Of a stretch of DNA of 64,000 nt, positions 35,197-45,400 are shown piece by piece. Within the stretch, counting starts at the first letter, position 1. Every line of letters begins with the position of its first letter. The notes below the pieces were generated by a model. That model was not told where the DNA came from. It saw nothing but the letters and a program-made list of their open reading frames with translations, and did not search any database. The stretch lies in the NCBI GenBank assembly GCA_964537665.1, contig CAZIBP010000001.1, positions 11,972 through 75,971 of the forward strand, given 5' to 3'. Source of the stretch: an uncultured Pseudomonadales bacterium. GTDB taxonomy: Bacteria; Patescibacteriota; Microgenomatia; UBA1400; PJMF01. Position numbers and translations under genes: made by a program.

Positions 35197-36753
35197 TCAA
35201 TTTGAGATAGCAATTAAGGACATTTTCATAGCAGAAACATCCTGTTGAATGTTTTGATTTAGAATTAAATCTTGCTCAATCTTTTTAACCGCATGAATTA
35301 CACTGCTATGATCTCTTCCAGCAAACCATTGGCCGATTTCTTCAAGAGGAATTTGTAATTCATTGCGTAATAAATACATTGCAATATGTCTAGCCTTAAC
35401 TAGTTCTTTACTGCGCCTTTTTCCTCTAACAGCACTTTGTTTAATTCGATAATGATTAGCGACGGTTTTAATAATATCTTGAGGTTTAGCTTTAATGAAT
35501 TTTTGTTGGTTTTGCTTTATTTCAGATTGTAGAATCTTATCAATTAATTCAACATTTAAGCTTAAATTTTGCAACTCCACAGCTGATCTGATCTTTTTAA
35601 TAATTCCTTCAATCCTTCGAGCACTGTCTACTTGACTAGCAATTTTTTGTGCTAGTTCAATTGGAACATCTAATTTATTAGTTTGTGCTTTTAATAATAA
35701 AATTGCCGTTCTTAGTTCAAAAGTAGGTTGTTGGATATCAATCATTAAGCCAGCCTCAAAACGAGATCTCAAGCGGTCTTCTAAGAGGCTTATTTCTTGT
35801 GGAGGGCGATCTGAAGTTAGAATAATTTGTGAGTTAATTGCAGTTAAAGCATTAAAGGTGTGAAAAAATTCTTCCTGAACTGCGGTTTTGCCAGCGATAA
35901 ACTGAATATCATCAAGGAGGAGTAGATTTGTCTTGCGATATTTGTTTTTCAATTGAAGGGTATTATGACTTTTAATTGCTCTTACAATTTCATTAGTAAA
36001 TTGCTCACCAGAAGCATAAATAATCTCTGCGTCAGGATTCTTTTGTAATAAATGGTGGGCCACAGCATGAATTAAATGTGTTTTTCCCACTCCAACACCT
36101 CCATATAAGAAAAGGGGATTATAGCTAATACCAGGATTATTGGCGACAGCGGTGGCAGCAGCATGAGCCATTTCGTTGCTAGATGAAACAGCAAAGCTCT
36201 CAAAGGTGTAATCTTGACGCAAACCAATTTGTTGGGCTCTAACCTTTAATCTATCAAAAGTGTTGCTGCTGATATTGGCTTGAGAAAAAAGTTCTTCAAC
36301 AGTTGGAGAAGATCTAACACTTTCCCTAATAGAAAAACCCTTGTTATCTATTAAATTACTTCTGAATTGATCATAGTTTTGTTGATTAATTTCTTTTTTA
36401 GAGTCGTTGTTAATCGGTTCTTGATTTTCAATTTTTATTTGACCGGTTTTTTTGTCTAGATTTTGTTTTAGGTCGGTTACAATAAATTCGATCTCTAATG
36501 GTTTGTTAATATATTTTTCTAAAGCGGTTTTAATTTGAGAATATAAATTTGTTCGCAGGTTGGTGACATGAAATGCGGTCATACAACTAATTGTTGCAAC
36601 AGCTTTTTGATTATCTTCAATCTTAATTGAAGTGAGAGGGCTAGGAACGATCCAGGTATTAAAAAATGCAGGGCTAAGGCTGGCTTCCAAATCTAGTTTT
36701 GTCATTTGCCAAACCTGCTTAATTGTTTCAGCATCATAGACCTGCTCTGACAT
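35197..36753 (-). CDS. dnaA: Chromosomal replication initiator protein DnaA
   Basis: Walker A GGVGVGKTHLIHAV, sensor/box VII regions, and C-terminal DNA-binding domain (...KELVKARHIAMYL...). 518 aa. Confidence 0.9.
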   Translation of the reverse strand: MSEQVYDAETIKQVWQMTKLDLEASLSPAFFNTWIVPSPLTSIKIEDNQKAVATISCMTAFHVTNLRTNLYSQIKTALEKYINKPLEIEFIVTDLKQNLDKKTGQIKIENQEPINNDSKKEINQQNYDQFRSNLIDNKGFSIRESVRSSPTVEELFSQANISSNTFDRLKVRAQQIGLRQDYTFESFAVSSSNEMAHAAATAVANNPGISYNPLFLYGGVGVGKTHLIHAVAHHLLQKNPDAEIIYASGEQFTNEIVRAIKSHNTLQLKNKYRKTNLLLLDDIQFIAGKTAVQEEFFHTFNALTAINSQIILTSDRPPQEISLLEDRLRSRFEAGLMIDIQQPTFELRTAILLLKAQTNKLDVPIELAQKIASQVDSARRIEGIIKKIRSAVELQNLSLNVELIDKILQSEIKQNQQKFIKAKPQDIIKTVANHYRIKQSAVRGKRRSKELVKARHIAMYLLRNELQIPLEEIGQWFAGRDHSSVIHAVKKIEQDLILNQNIQQDVSAMKMSLIAISN

Positions 36754-36883
36754 TTTTTGTCTTTCTTTTGAAATAAAACTAACTGGGGCAGTTGTTCTTC
36801 TTAACTAAACCAAAAAAAATACTGCTTACTTATACACAAAGTTTTCCACAAAAAACAAGAGGCAGTTTTGTAATTTAGTTAAT

Positions 36884-39091
36884 TTATTTTGGTGGTTGAT
36901 AGTCGTTTATACTATAAATCCCGTGTTGATCTGGTTTAACTTCTTTTGAAGTTGCTAATTTTTCTTTTTGATCTGTTTCTTCAAAAACTGTTTTGATTTT
37001 ATAATCATTATCTCTATTATCCAATTCTTGGTCTGGATTAAAAGTAAGACGATCGGTTTTTAGGGCAGTTTCTGCATTTTGTTTAGCATTCTTAAGTGGA
37101 TCTTGATTGAGATCAATTTCTTTATTTTCCCATCTGGAAGCTAATTGTTCAGTATCTTTTTTGGTATTTTTAAAGTCGGTGTTATTAATTAATCGTTGTT
37201 TGCGCAGCTCTCTACTTTTTTTATATTCTTCATAGCTGGCTGTTCTTGGCTTTGAGGCAGCATTTAAAGCTTGATTAATTTCTTTATCATCTTTTTTACG
37301 TAGGATCTCTTCTGGATTAGTTGTAATGACACTGTGTTCTTGGGGTGAAGCAATCACTCTTAAGGCGACATGATTCTGACCAGCGAAGAAAATTCCTTCT
37401 CCCACATCTGAGGAGACTAATAATTGACGTTCACCCTCAGATAAATAAAAAGTTTGAGTGAGAATTGGCACTGAAGCAGTCGACTGCTTCATTAAAAATT
37501 GAATGGAAGCATTAGACACAATTGCTTTGCCATAGTCATTGTGGAGAAAGTCTTCTACGTCTTGAGTAATTGTGGTGATACCAAGATAATATTTGCGCGC
37601 TCTTTTAACCATTGAGTAAACAAAGGCAGCACTATCAGGATGCATCATAAAATACCAAGCCTCATCAATTACCAAGATACGTCTTTTAAGATTTTTCTTA
37701 ACTCTTGTCCAAATAAAATCCAAGATGACATACATGGCAATTGGGCGAAGTGATTCTTCCATTTCCTTGACCGAAAAAACAGTAAATTGAGAATGAATGT
37801 CAATATTGGAAGCTTGATCAAAAATTCCGCGAAAAGAGCCAGTGATAAATTTTTCTAAACGAGCAGCAATATCATCACTTTCATCTTGTTCCATACCAAT
37901 TAGAGCCTTATAGAGGTCTTCCATTAATGGTGGAGTATTTTTTTGGGTAGCTGGATCTGGAGTAATTCCTTTAGCTTTATAGGCAGCAATAATTGAACGA
38001 TCAAGTAAAGCTTCTTGTTGTGGGGTCATTTCACCCAGCATAACCTTGAGAAGTCCATGAATAGAGAGTATTTTTTGTCCCAATTCGTTTTCTCCCTCTT
38101 CATAAATGTTGGACAAATCAAAGGGATTAATTTTAGCCTCTGAGCCAAAAGTAAAATTAATGTATTCTCCACCAACCATTTTGCATAATTCTTCATACTC
38201 ATGTTCTGGGTCAAGTACAATGACTTCAGCATCAAACATCAGCTGTCGCAGAACTTCTAGCTTAACAGTATATGATTTGCCAGCACCAGATTTGGCAAAA
38301 ATTACCATATTGGCGTTTTCCATTTTGAAGCGATCAAAGATAACTAGAGAGTCATTATGTTCGTTGATGCCATAAACAATGCCGGTTTCCATAGTTAATT
38401 CGGAAGAGGTGAAAGGAAAAGTGGTAGCTAGGGAAGTGGTGTCCATATTTCTAGTCACAGAAAGACGATCGACACCCATTGGTAAGGTGGTTTTAAAACC
38501 CTCATCCATTTGTAGGGCAGATTTTTTGGAAACAATCATTAAGGCGCCTAAAGTGCTTTGGATGCTTTTGGTGATTTTATCTAACATTTCCTTGCTATCA
38601 GCTCGAACCGTCACATATAAGCCAAATTGAAAAAATCTTTCAGAACCGGCAGCTAACTGCTCTCGCATCGTTCTTGCGTCACTTAATTTGATTTCTGTAT
38701 TAATGTTGCTAATTTTTCCAGATCTAATATCGGAAGTAATTTCAGCTTCCATTTCTGTAATTTTGCGCTTTAGATTATCGAGAATATCGCCGGTATCTGA
38801 TGGAAAAACAAACATCGAAATATTGGCTTGTTGAGGGTAGTTGATGAGTGGTGAAAGCCAGTTGGCTGGGACAGCACGAGGATAGCCAGCAATAAATAAA
38901 GTGCGAGTGTAGGTGGAGTTAATTTTTTGGTAAGTGAAATCGACCTCAATTGCTTCTGGAGCAATAATATCTTGAATCGTTACTAAACCACGAGAAAATT
39001 CGCTTAGTTTCTCTTGAGTATATTGTTCAACATTGATTTTATTTTGATCAGTTGAAGTGATGGTTTTTTTCTTAGCAAAAAGATTAAGCAT
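36884..39091 (-). CDS. VirB4/TrbE/PrgJ-like type IV secretion ATPase
   Basis: Walker A VIFAKSGAGKSYTV, Walker B RRILVIDEAWYFM. 735 aa with the domain order of VirB4-family ATPases. Confidence 0.7.
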   Translation of the reverse strand: MLNLFAKKKTITSTDQNKINVEQYTQEKLSEFSRGLVTIQDIIAPEAIEVDFTYQKINSTYTRTLFIAGYPRAVPANWLSPLINYPQQANISMFVFPSDTGDILDNLKRKITEMEAEITSDIRSGKISNINTEIKLSDARTMREQLAAGSERFFQFGLYVTVRADSKEMLDKITKSIQSTLGALMIVSKKSALQMDEGFKTTLPMGVDRLSVTRNMDTTSLATTFPFTSSELTMETGIVYGINEHNDSLVIFDRFKMENANMVIFAKSGAGKSYTVKLEVLRQLMFDAEVIVLDPEHEYEELCKMVGGEYINFTFGSEAKINPFDLSNIYEEGENELGQKILSIHGLLKVMLGEMTPQQEALLDRSIIAAYKAKGITPDPATQKNTPPLMEDLYKALIGMEQDESDDIAARLEKFITGSFRGIFDQASNIDIHSQFTVFSVKEMEESLRPIAMYVILDFIWTRVKKNLKRRILVIDEAWYFMMHPDSAAFVYSMVKRARKYYLGITTITQDVEDFLHNDYGKAIVSNASIQFLMKQSTASVPILTQTFYLSEGERQLLVSSDVGEGIFFAGQNHVALRVIASPQEHSVITTNPEEILRKKDDKEINQALNAASKPRTASYEEYKKSRELRKQRLINNTDFKNTKKDTEQLASRWENKEIDLNQDPLKNAKQNAETALKTDRLTFNPDQELDNRDNDYKIKTVFEETDQKEKLATSKEVKPDQHGIYSINDYQPPK

Positions 39092-39092
39092 A

Positions 39093-40466
39093 TTATGCTT
39101 GGGTTTTTATTGTTTGATCCGATGGTAATTCTTGATTTAAAATTGGTTCTTGAGCTTGTTCTTCAAATTTATTTTGTAAAGGGGTGATATCCTCCCCAAA
39201 TCCTTCTACTAAGTTGCTGTCAGTCGAATTATCAATTGTTAGATTATTATTAGTGGTGTTGACAGAATTAGCGCTAAGTAAGTTTGGATCTAAATTTAAA
39301 TCAAGCTCTGGCGACTGACTATTAACTACCGGATTTTCTTGATTTGGAAGTTCTGGTGGAACTGATATTGGTGACGAAATAGGTTCCGGAATAGCATTAA
39401 CTGGTTCAGGTACAGTATTTATTGGCGTTGTTTCAATAATTGGCGGCATGTCTATTTCACTAGTGATTTCATTAGCTGTTGCCGCTTTTGCTAGATTTTC
39501 AATTTGAGGGTTGTCTGTTGTGTTGTTTAAATTTGGTTCTGGATAAATAACTGTTTGGGTCGGTTCGTTACTTAAAATCTCTTCAGCACTAGGATTGGTG
39601 GTGATCGGTGAAGACAATTCTGGTTGGTTAATATCTTGCGTAGCTGTAGTAATATTTTCGCTAGCGGCTATGAGAGTATCTTCATTATTTGAAATCGGGC
39701 TGGCAGCGGGGGTTGCTGTTATTTGATCTTGAATTAGAGGGCTTTGTTGGTTGCTTGTTTGATTATTTAGTTGCATAAATTTTCCTCCAAAACTGGCCCT
39801 GACTAGGGGAGTTGTATAATTTTCGCTGCTACTGATTTCTTGTCCTTCAGCAGCTTCAGGATTGTAATTGATATAGAAATTTTGAATAATCTCTTGAGTG
39901 GTTAATTGTCTGGTAAAAAGTCCCAAACGGTTAAATTGAGCAGTTAAATGATCTCGACGTGGCTCCAAAATGTTGGTGGCTTTTTCCAGCAAAATACTTT
40001 TTTCAACACTAGTAATGTCAAAGGCAGTTTTGCCAGGTAAAACTCCAGATGGAGTAATTAATCCCATTTCTCCAGGACTAGCCGGAACAATAATATAGAA
40101 TCTTTTTTGCAAAACATTTCTTTCTTTGATTAGAGTTGCCACGAAATCTCGATATTGTTTAATTAAAGTTGCTTTGCGATCTGAACTAGCTTTCTGGACT
40201 TGCTCTTCGAGAAGTCTTAAATATTTAGTAGCATCTTTAGTTTGAGACTGAATATTAATTTGAATTGGGTAGTTGAGAGAATTAAGCAGCGAACCATAGG
40301 TAAAAATTACGGCATCCTGTTCTTGCTCAGCCAATAAACTAAAATTCATTGTGCCAATTTGTAGAATAACTGAAGCGGTACCGTCTTTTAACAGAACCAT
40401 GTCATTGACGATGTCATAGACATCAAGAAATTCTTGCGTGGTGGAACTAATCACTTTATCGCTCAT
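39093..40466 (-). CDS. Hypothetical protein with a long Pro/Asn/Thr/Ser-rich low-complexity C-terminus, between the PrgI-like and VirB4-like genes
   Basis: 457 aa. N-terminal ~230 aa globular, C-terminal half low-complexity (PxxP-rich, ...PEPVNAIPEPISSPISVPPELP...). 1-nt gap to the VirB4-like gene. Confidence 0.4.
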   Translation of the reverse strand: MSDKVISSTTQEFLDVYDIVNDMVLLKDGTASVILQIGTMNFSLLAEQEQDAVIFTYGSLLNSLNYPIQINIQSQTKDATKYLRLLEEQVQKASSDRKATLIKQYRDFVATLIKERNVLQKRFYIIVPASPGEMGLITPSGVLPGKTAFDITSVEKSILLEKATNILEPRRDHLTAQFNRLGLFTRQLTTQEIIQNFYINYNPEAAEGQEISSSENYTTPLVRASFGGKFMQLNNQTSNQQSPLIQDQITATPAASPISNNEDTLIAASENITTATQDINQPELSSPITTNPSAEEILSNEPTQTVIYPEPNLNNTTDNPQIENLAKAATANEITSEIDMPPIIETTPINTVPEPVNAIPEPISSPISVPPELPNQENPVVNSQSPELDLNLDPNLLSANSVNTTNNNLTIDNSTDSNLVEGFGEDITPLQNKFEEQAQEPILNQELPSDQTIKTQA

Positions 40467-40475
40467 GAACTGATT

Positions 40476-41345
40476 CTAGTTTACTAAATTTTGAGGCTTG
40501 ATTACAAGGGGACCTAGTATTTCACCCTTTAATTCTATTTGCGAGCTTGGATATTTGTATTCATTTTTTTCTACCAAGACAAAATAAATTCCATTACTGA
40601 GAGGTTTATTGACCTGAAAATTACCAGCTTCATCGCTTTTCATTATTCTCAAGCTCTGACCTTTCTGATCCTTAATTTCCACAATGGCGTTGACAACAGC
40701 TATGCCGTGTTGATCTAAAACCAAGCCAAAAACTTGATTGGGCAGATGATCGCCATTAGTGATAAAAGTTTGAGGGGTGTTTAATTTTCTAACTCTGGTT
40801 TGTAAACTGGGTTTTTCTTGTTTTTTTAATTCAATTTCAACATCTGTTGACCTGACCTGAACCTTGTCATATTCGCCTAAAATATTACTAATTTTTTGAT
40901 TTTCTTGCAGGTCAAATTGATCAACTCTCTCATCAGAGGGGATGCTTTTTAGATATTCAAAAATTCTTTGTTTGCGTGCGGGGTTTAAATTAACATCTGG
41001 AGCAAAAAAATCACTTTGTGTGCTGCTAATCTTATAATTAAAAAGATCAGGAATTTTGTTGGCTTTTTTCCAGAAAAACTTAGTTGGTTTATAGATGTTT
41101 TTAAAGAAAGTCTTAATCCAATGATCAAGCGGTCTTTCTTCAATTGGCACAAAAGCCACCATTGCCCCAAAACCAACAGTAATAAAAACTAAAGGCCATT
41201 TGATAATTCCGATTAAGTTGGTCTTAAAAATTGCGAAAGCAATTACCACTGCCACAGCAATCTCGGCAAATTGTTTGAGAGTCATGCTACCTATAAGGTG
41301 AAACTTATAGTTGGTGATGTCTTGAGGAATAGGATGTTGTTTCAT
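40476..41345 (-). CDS. PrgI/VirB3-like two-TM membrane protein fused to a C-terminal carboxypeptidase-regulatory-like (Ig-like) domain
   Basis: The N-terminal ~90 aa has two TMs (FAEIAVAVVIAFAIF / WPLVFITVGFGAMVAFVPI) and sits immediately before the VirB4-like gene, as PrgI does. The C-terminus GLVLDQHGIAVVNAIVEIKDQKGQSLRIMKSDEAGNFQ resembles the CarboxypepD_reg fold. Confidence 0.45.
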   Translation of the reverse strand: MKQHPIPQDITNYKFHLIGSMTLKQFAEIAVAVVIAFAIFKTNLIGIIKWPLVFITVGFGAMVAFVPIEERPLDHWIKTFFKNIYKPTKFFWKKANKIPDLFNYKISSTQSDFFAPDVNLNPARKQRIFEYLKSIPSDERVDQFDLQENQKISNILGEYDKVQVRSTDVEIELKKQEKPSLQTRVRKLNTPQTFITNGDHLPNQVFGLVLDQHGIAVVNAIVEIKDQKGQSLRIMKSDEAGNFQVNKPLSNGIYFVLVEKNEYKYPSSQIELKGEILGPLVIKPQNLVN

Positions 41346-41405
41346 CTTTTAATACTTGTTTCCTAATTAGTTTAGCAGGTTTCACTAATTTCTTGTCAAA
41401 GCAAA

Positions 41406-42401
41406 CTATTTTTCTAAAGCAGTGTTAACTGCTGGAGTAATAATTTGAGCTTGAATGTTGATGCCAGCGGCGTTAGTTAATTTTGCTTGAAACTTATAAA
41501 ATGGATAGACAATTTTTAAACTCTCATCAAGACGATAATCGACTGAAACATCGTACAAATCAGCCTCATTAATCCAATTTAAATCAATCACCTCAACCAA
41601 CTGGCTTTTGGCATCAATGATGGAAGCTTTACCATTTTTAATATTTCTAACCGCTTGATCAAGGCTAATGGTTGGCAAATCTTTAATTGGTGCAAAATTG
41701 TAGAAAAAATCTTTAAAAACCACTCTTTCTACTTGATAGTTGTTGTTAATCTTGCAAAAAAATGGGTAGCTGTTCTCATTTTGATAAAACACAGGATAAC
41801 CGTCCAATTGGTAGCTAAGTGGTACTTGGATGTAGTTGGCTCGAGCTAATTCTGTTTCTGTTTGTTCTGATCTGCCGCTTAAAAAAACCAGATGATCTTT
41901 TTGTGCAATTAAAATTAAATTAACACTATATTTTGAATAAAAATTAAGACAGCTCTTAATTGCTTCGCTTGGAATCATTTGAACTTGATTTGTGGCCTGA
42001 CTGGTATCAAGATCAAAAGCATAGCGGTTTTCATAGGTGTTTTTATTTAAAATGTAAGCTCCTTTTGCCCAATAATTTTCCAGTGAGCCAACATTTTCAA
42101 GCTTATACTCATCGATCATTTTTTGTGCTAATTCACTGGATAAATCTAGAGTTCCGTTAATTTTGTAGATCTTCATTTTTTCTGGTAATGAAATTTCTTC
42201 ACCAGAAAAAGAGATTTTTTTGAAAGTGCTTTTACTTTGATCATAGTTATTAACCACAAAGTCAGTTTGAATAACTTTTTCTTGTTGTGGAGTAATAATG
42301 GTTAAAATGGCGGAAATAAGTAGAGCAAATACGACAAAAACAACTAAAAGAGGAATAACTTTTATTTCTTTTTTAACTTTATTTTTTTGGCTTTGATTCA
42401 T
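41406..42401 (-). CDS. Bitopic membrane-anchored extracytoplasmic protein (possible VirB8/PrgL-like component; no motif support)
   Basis: 331 aa with a single N-terminal TM (VIPLLVVFVVFALLISAILTIITP). The remainder is predicted extracellular. Confidence 0.35.
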   Translation of the reverse strand: MNQSQKNKVKKEIKVIPLLVVFVVFALLISAILTIITPQQEKVIQTDFVVNNYDQSKSTFKKISFSGEEISLPEKMKIYKINGTLDLSSELAQKMIDEYKLENVGSLENYWAKGAYILNKNTYENRYAFDLDTSQATNQVQMIPSEAIKSCLNFYSKYSVNLILIAQKDHLVFLSGRSEQTETELARANYIQVPLSYQLDGYPVFYQNENSYPFFCKINNNYQVERVVFKDFFYNFAPIKDLPTISLDQAVRNIKNGKASIIDAKSQLVEVIDLNWINEADLYDVSVDYRLDESLKIVYPFYKFQAKLTNAAGINIQAQIITPAVNTALEK

Positions 42402-42404
42402 ATT

Positions 42405-45400
42405 TTATTCATAACAAGTGGTGACGTTGTCGCCATTTTTGGGGGGATAGTTCCCATTATCTGCTTCAGGTACCAGAGTTTCAAGAATGGAAAAATTTCT
42501 AGAACTTGGACTGTAAAAAGCTCCATTAAAATCTACTTCATAATGAAGATGTTTGCCGGTTGAATTGCCGCGATTACCCATTAGACCGATAGCAAAGCCC
42601 TCGTCAACATTCATACATGAATTAGGTTGGCTGAGTTGAGAATTGGCTGATTCAAAGTGCGCAAAAAGTAATTTGCGACTGGTACCATTATCATCAAAAG
42701 TGAGAATAAAATAACAACCATAACCAGTGTCACTACACTTAATAAAACAGAGACTGCCAGGAAAAGTGGTATAAACCATACGAACAACATCATCGGGTCC
42801 ATCACTATCGGTAATATCGTAAGCATCAGCGTAACCTCCAGATTCTGGAGGACGATGTGAAGCATCATCATCAGGAATACCCTGTCCAAAAGGCAATTGA
42901 CTAATGTTACCAGTGGTTGGCCAGCAGCCAGCTCCAGCACTACACTCACCCAGACAAACTCTGGCCGCAGTAATGACATTATCAGTGCCAGACATGTAAG
43001 AGTTTTGGTAATAAAAATTAACTTCGATAGTGTTAAGAATGGCAGTGTGGTTGTAGTCGGAACTTAGATTGTCTAAAGTGTAAGTGAAAGTTAGGCTGCT
43101 GCCTGCCTCAATAATAATATTTTCACTACTACCAGATGGAATTGGTGTGGTGGGATTGGGATTGCCCACGCCTAGTGTGGGGGTTGTTGTGGGACTAAGA
43201 GAAGTATTGCTCAGTCCTCCTTGCTGACCAATAATTCCCTTGAAGTATTCAAAGTCTAAAACCTTTTCCGTTGGAATATTGGGTGGAGATTGACCTGCGT
43301 CTTCCCACGCCTTTTTACTTTGTTTAAATTTAATAGTGTCTTCAATGTTGGTGATTTGCAGCGAAAAATCTTCCTTGGGCTTGATAGTGACGGTGTATTC
43401 AATGGAGACGGGAAAAGATGGATTTTCACATTTAGTGCCATTGCTTTCTGGGCTAGGGCAACCGCTTTTAATCACGGCTGTTTTACTAATTTCGGCATAT
43501 TTGGAAGTTTTTTCAACACTATTGATGCCGGCAGCATTTGGATCATTGAAAGGGAAGTCGGTCAAAAAAGCTGAATTTAAACTAGTTTGATAAACATACA
43601 TAAAAATGGTGCTAGCCCCAACGGTGGCAATTACAGCTTGACCGGCAGTAATCATCGCTCCAGAAGAAATACCACTAGTCAGAGTTTTAAGGCCCTGTGC
43701 TGCTTGGGTGGTAGCGACTTGGTTTTGAGTAGCTTGTGCTGTTAGTCCCTGCTTGCCAAAACCACCAATTCCTTCGCTGATCTGATTAATTGCTTTACCT
43801 CCACCAGTGAAAAAATCCTTAATTCCACCCCAAGCGTTACGCAAAAAAATTGCCGCAGGAGCCAAGATCAGTAATAATGGCAACATGGAGCCAAGCGCCG
43901 CCAAAATTCCCAAACCAAGCAACCAAGGCCAATTTTTCTTGATAAATTCAAGAACTTTTTCCAGGCCCATTTCTATTAGTTTTTCTTTGAGTTGTTTGAC
44001 AAGTGGAACTGCTGCTTCAGCAGCTCGCAGAGCTTCTCCCCAGCCACCAGCCGCATCAAGAGCTAGATAAAGCCCTTCACTTAGGGCTTTGGTGGCTAGT
44101 TTTTTGCTCTGCTGACCCAGAGCACTGTCCATAAAATCAGTGCTCTGATAATTACTATTTGAGGCAAAAGCTTGCTGAGCCCAACCATCTCCATTCTGAT
44201 AAAAGGCATTGTTTCTAGCAAAGTTGGTGGCGCGCTCAAAAATACTAGTCCCAAGCGTTTCATTAGCTTGGAGCATATAGAAATCCATGGGATTAATTTG
44301 AGGAAGGACTTGGGTTTGGAAAATTTGGATACTATATTCTTGAATAGTATAGCCAGGCAAATAAAAATCAAAATATACTTTGAGAGTTTTTTGCTGCTCT
44401 GCTTCGCTCATCTTGGCCAATTGTTCTTCTAGGTTTTTTTTGATGAGGTCTTGTTGTTGGCCAATAAATTGGTTGACTTCAGCTCCATCCACTTTGGCAT
44501 TAGCTGAGCCAGCTAATTTTTCTGCAATTTCTCTGCCGCCATAAGTGAGATTGAGAGTGCCTAAATTGCGTAATTGAGCAATTTTTTGAGGATTTTTGCT
44601 AATTTCTTTAAGTAATTGTTGGGCTTCTTCCGGAGTGTATTTTTCTTGGGCAAATTCTTGGCGAATTTCACTAGCCCAGATAATCCTTTTTCTTTTCCAG
44701 TAAAAAATAATTAAGTTGGCTAACTCTTCTCGATGATTATTAAACTCAGAACGTTCGATGCTAGTGCCAAAAATATTAACAAATCTGTTGTAATCAAAGT
44801 TTTTTGGATCAGGAATCAGGTATTCTGGAGGCAAACCTTGTTGAATGAAGACTTCGATCAAAGGTCGAACGTTATCGGTGATTAATTTAATTTTAAAATT
44901 ATCTTGATTACCAATAATTTGGCGAATTTTCTCTCCAAAAATTTGTTCCAGTCGTCCTTCATCTTGGACAATATTTAATTCTGATTCGATTTTCCTAGCA
45001 AAGTCTTGATTACTTTGACCTTCATCTTGTTTTTGCTGCAGAATTGCTTGGGCCTGAGCAGTGTTAGTGGAGTTTTCCTTGTCATTTTTGATGCGAGGAC
45101 TAAGTTTGTCGTTTGTGAGTTTTTCTTTTTCGTTGGCTTTAATTTTCGCTGCTGCCTTTTGACCATCTTTGGCAATTTCGCGAACGCTATCATTAAGCAA
45201 CTTAAGACCATGAACATCCATAAGCAAGCCGAGTGCGGCTTGATTGCTAAAATTAATACGCTTAGATTGCTCTCTAATTAAACTGTCCAAAGAGAATTGA
45301 CCGCTTAGAAGTAGGTTTTCCACCTGTAAAAAAGCTCGATCCATTAGTTGACGTCGCACATCAAGGGGTAGCTGATCAAAAGTAACCTGAGTACCCGGTG

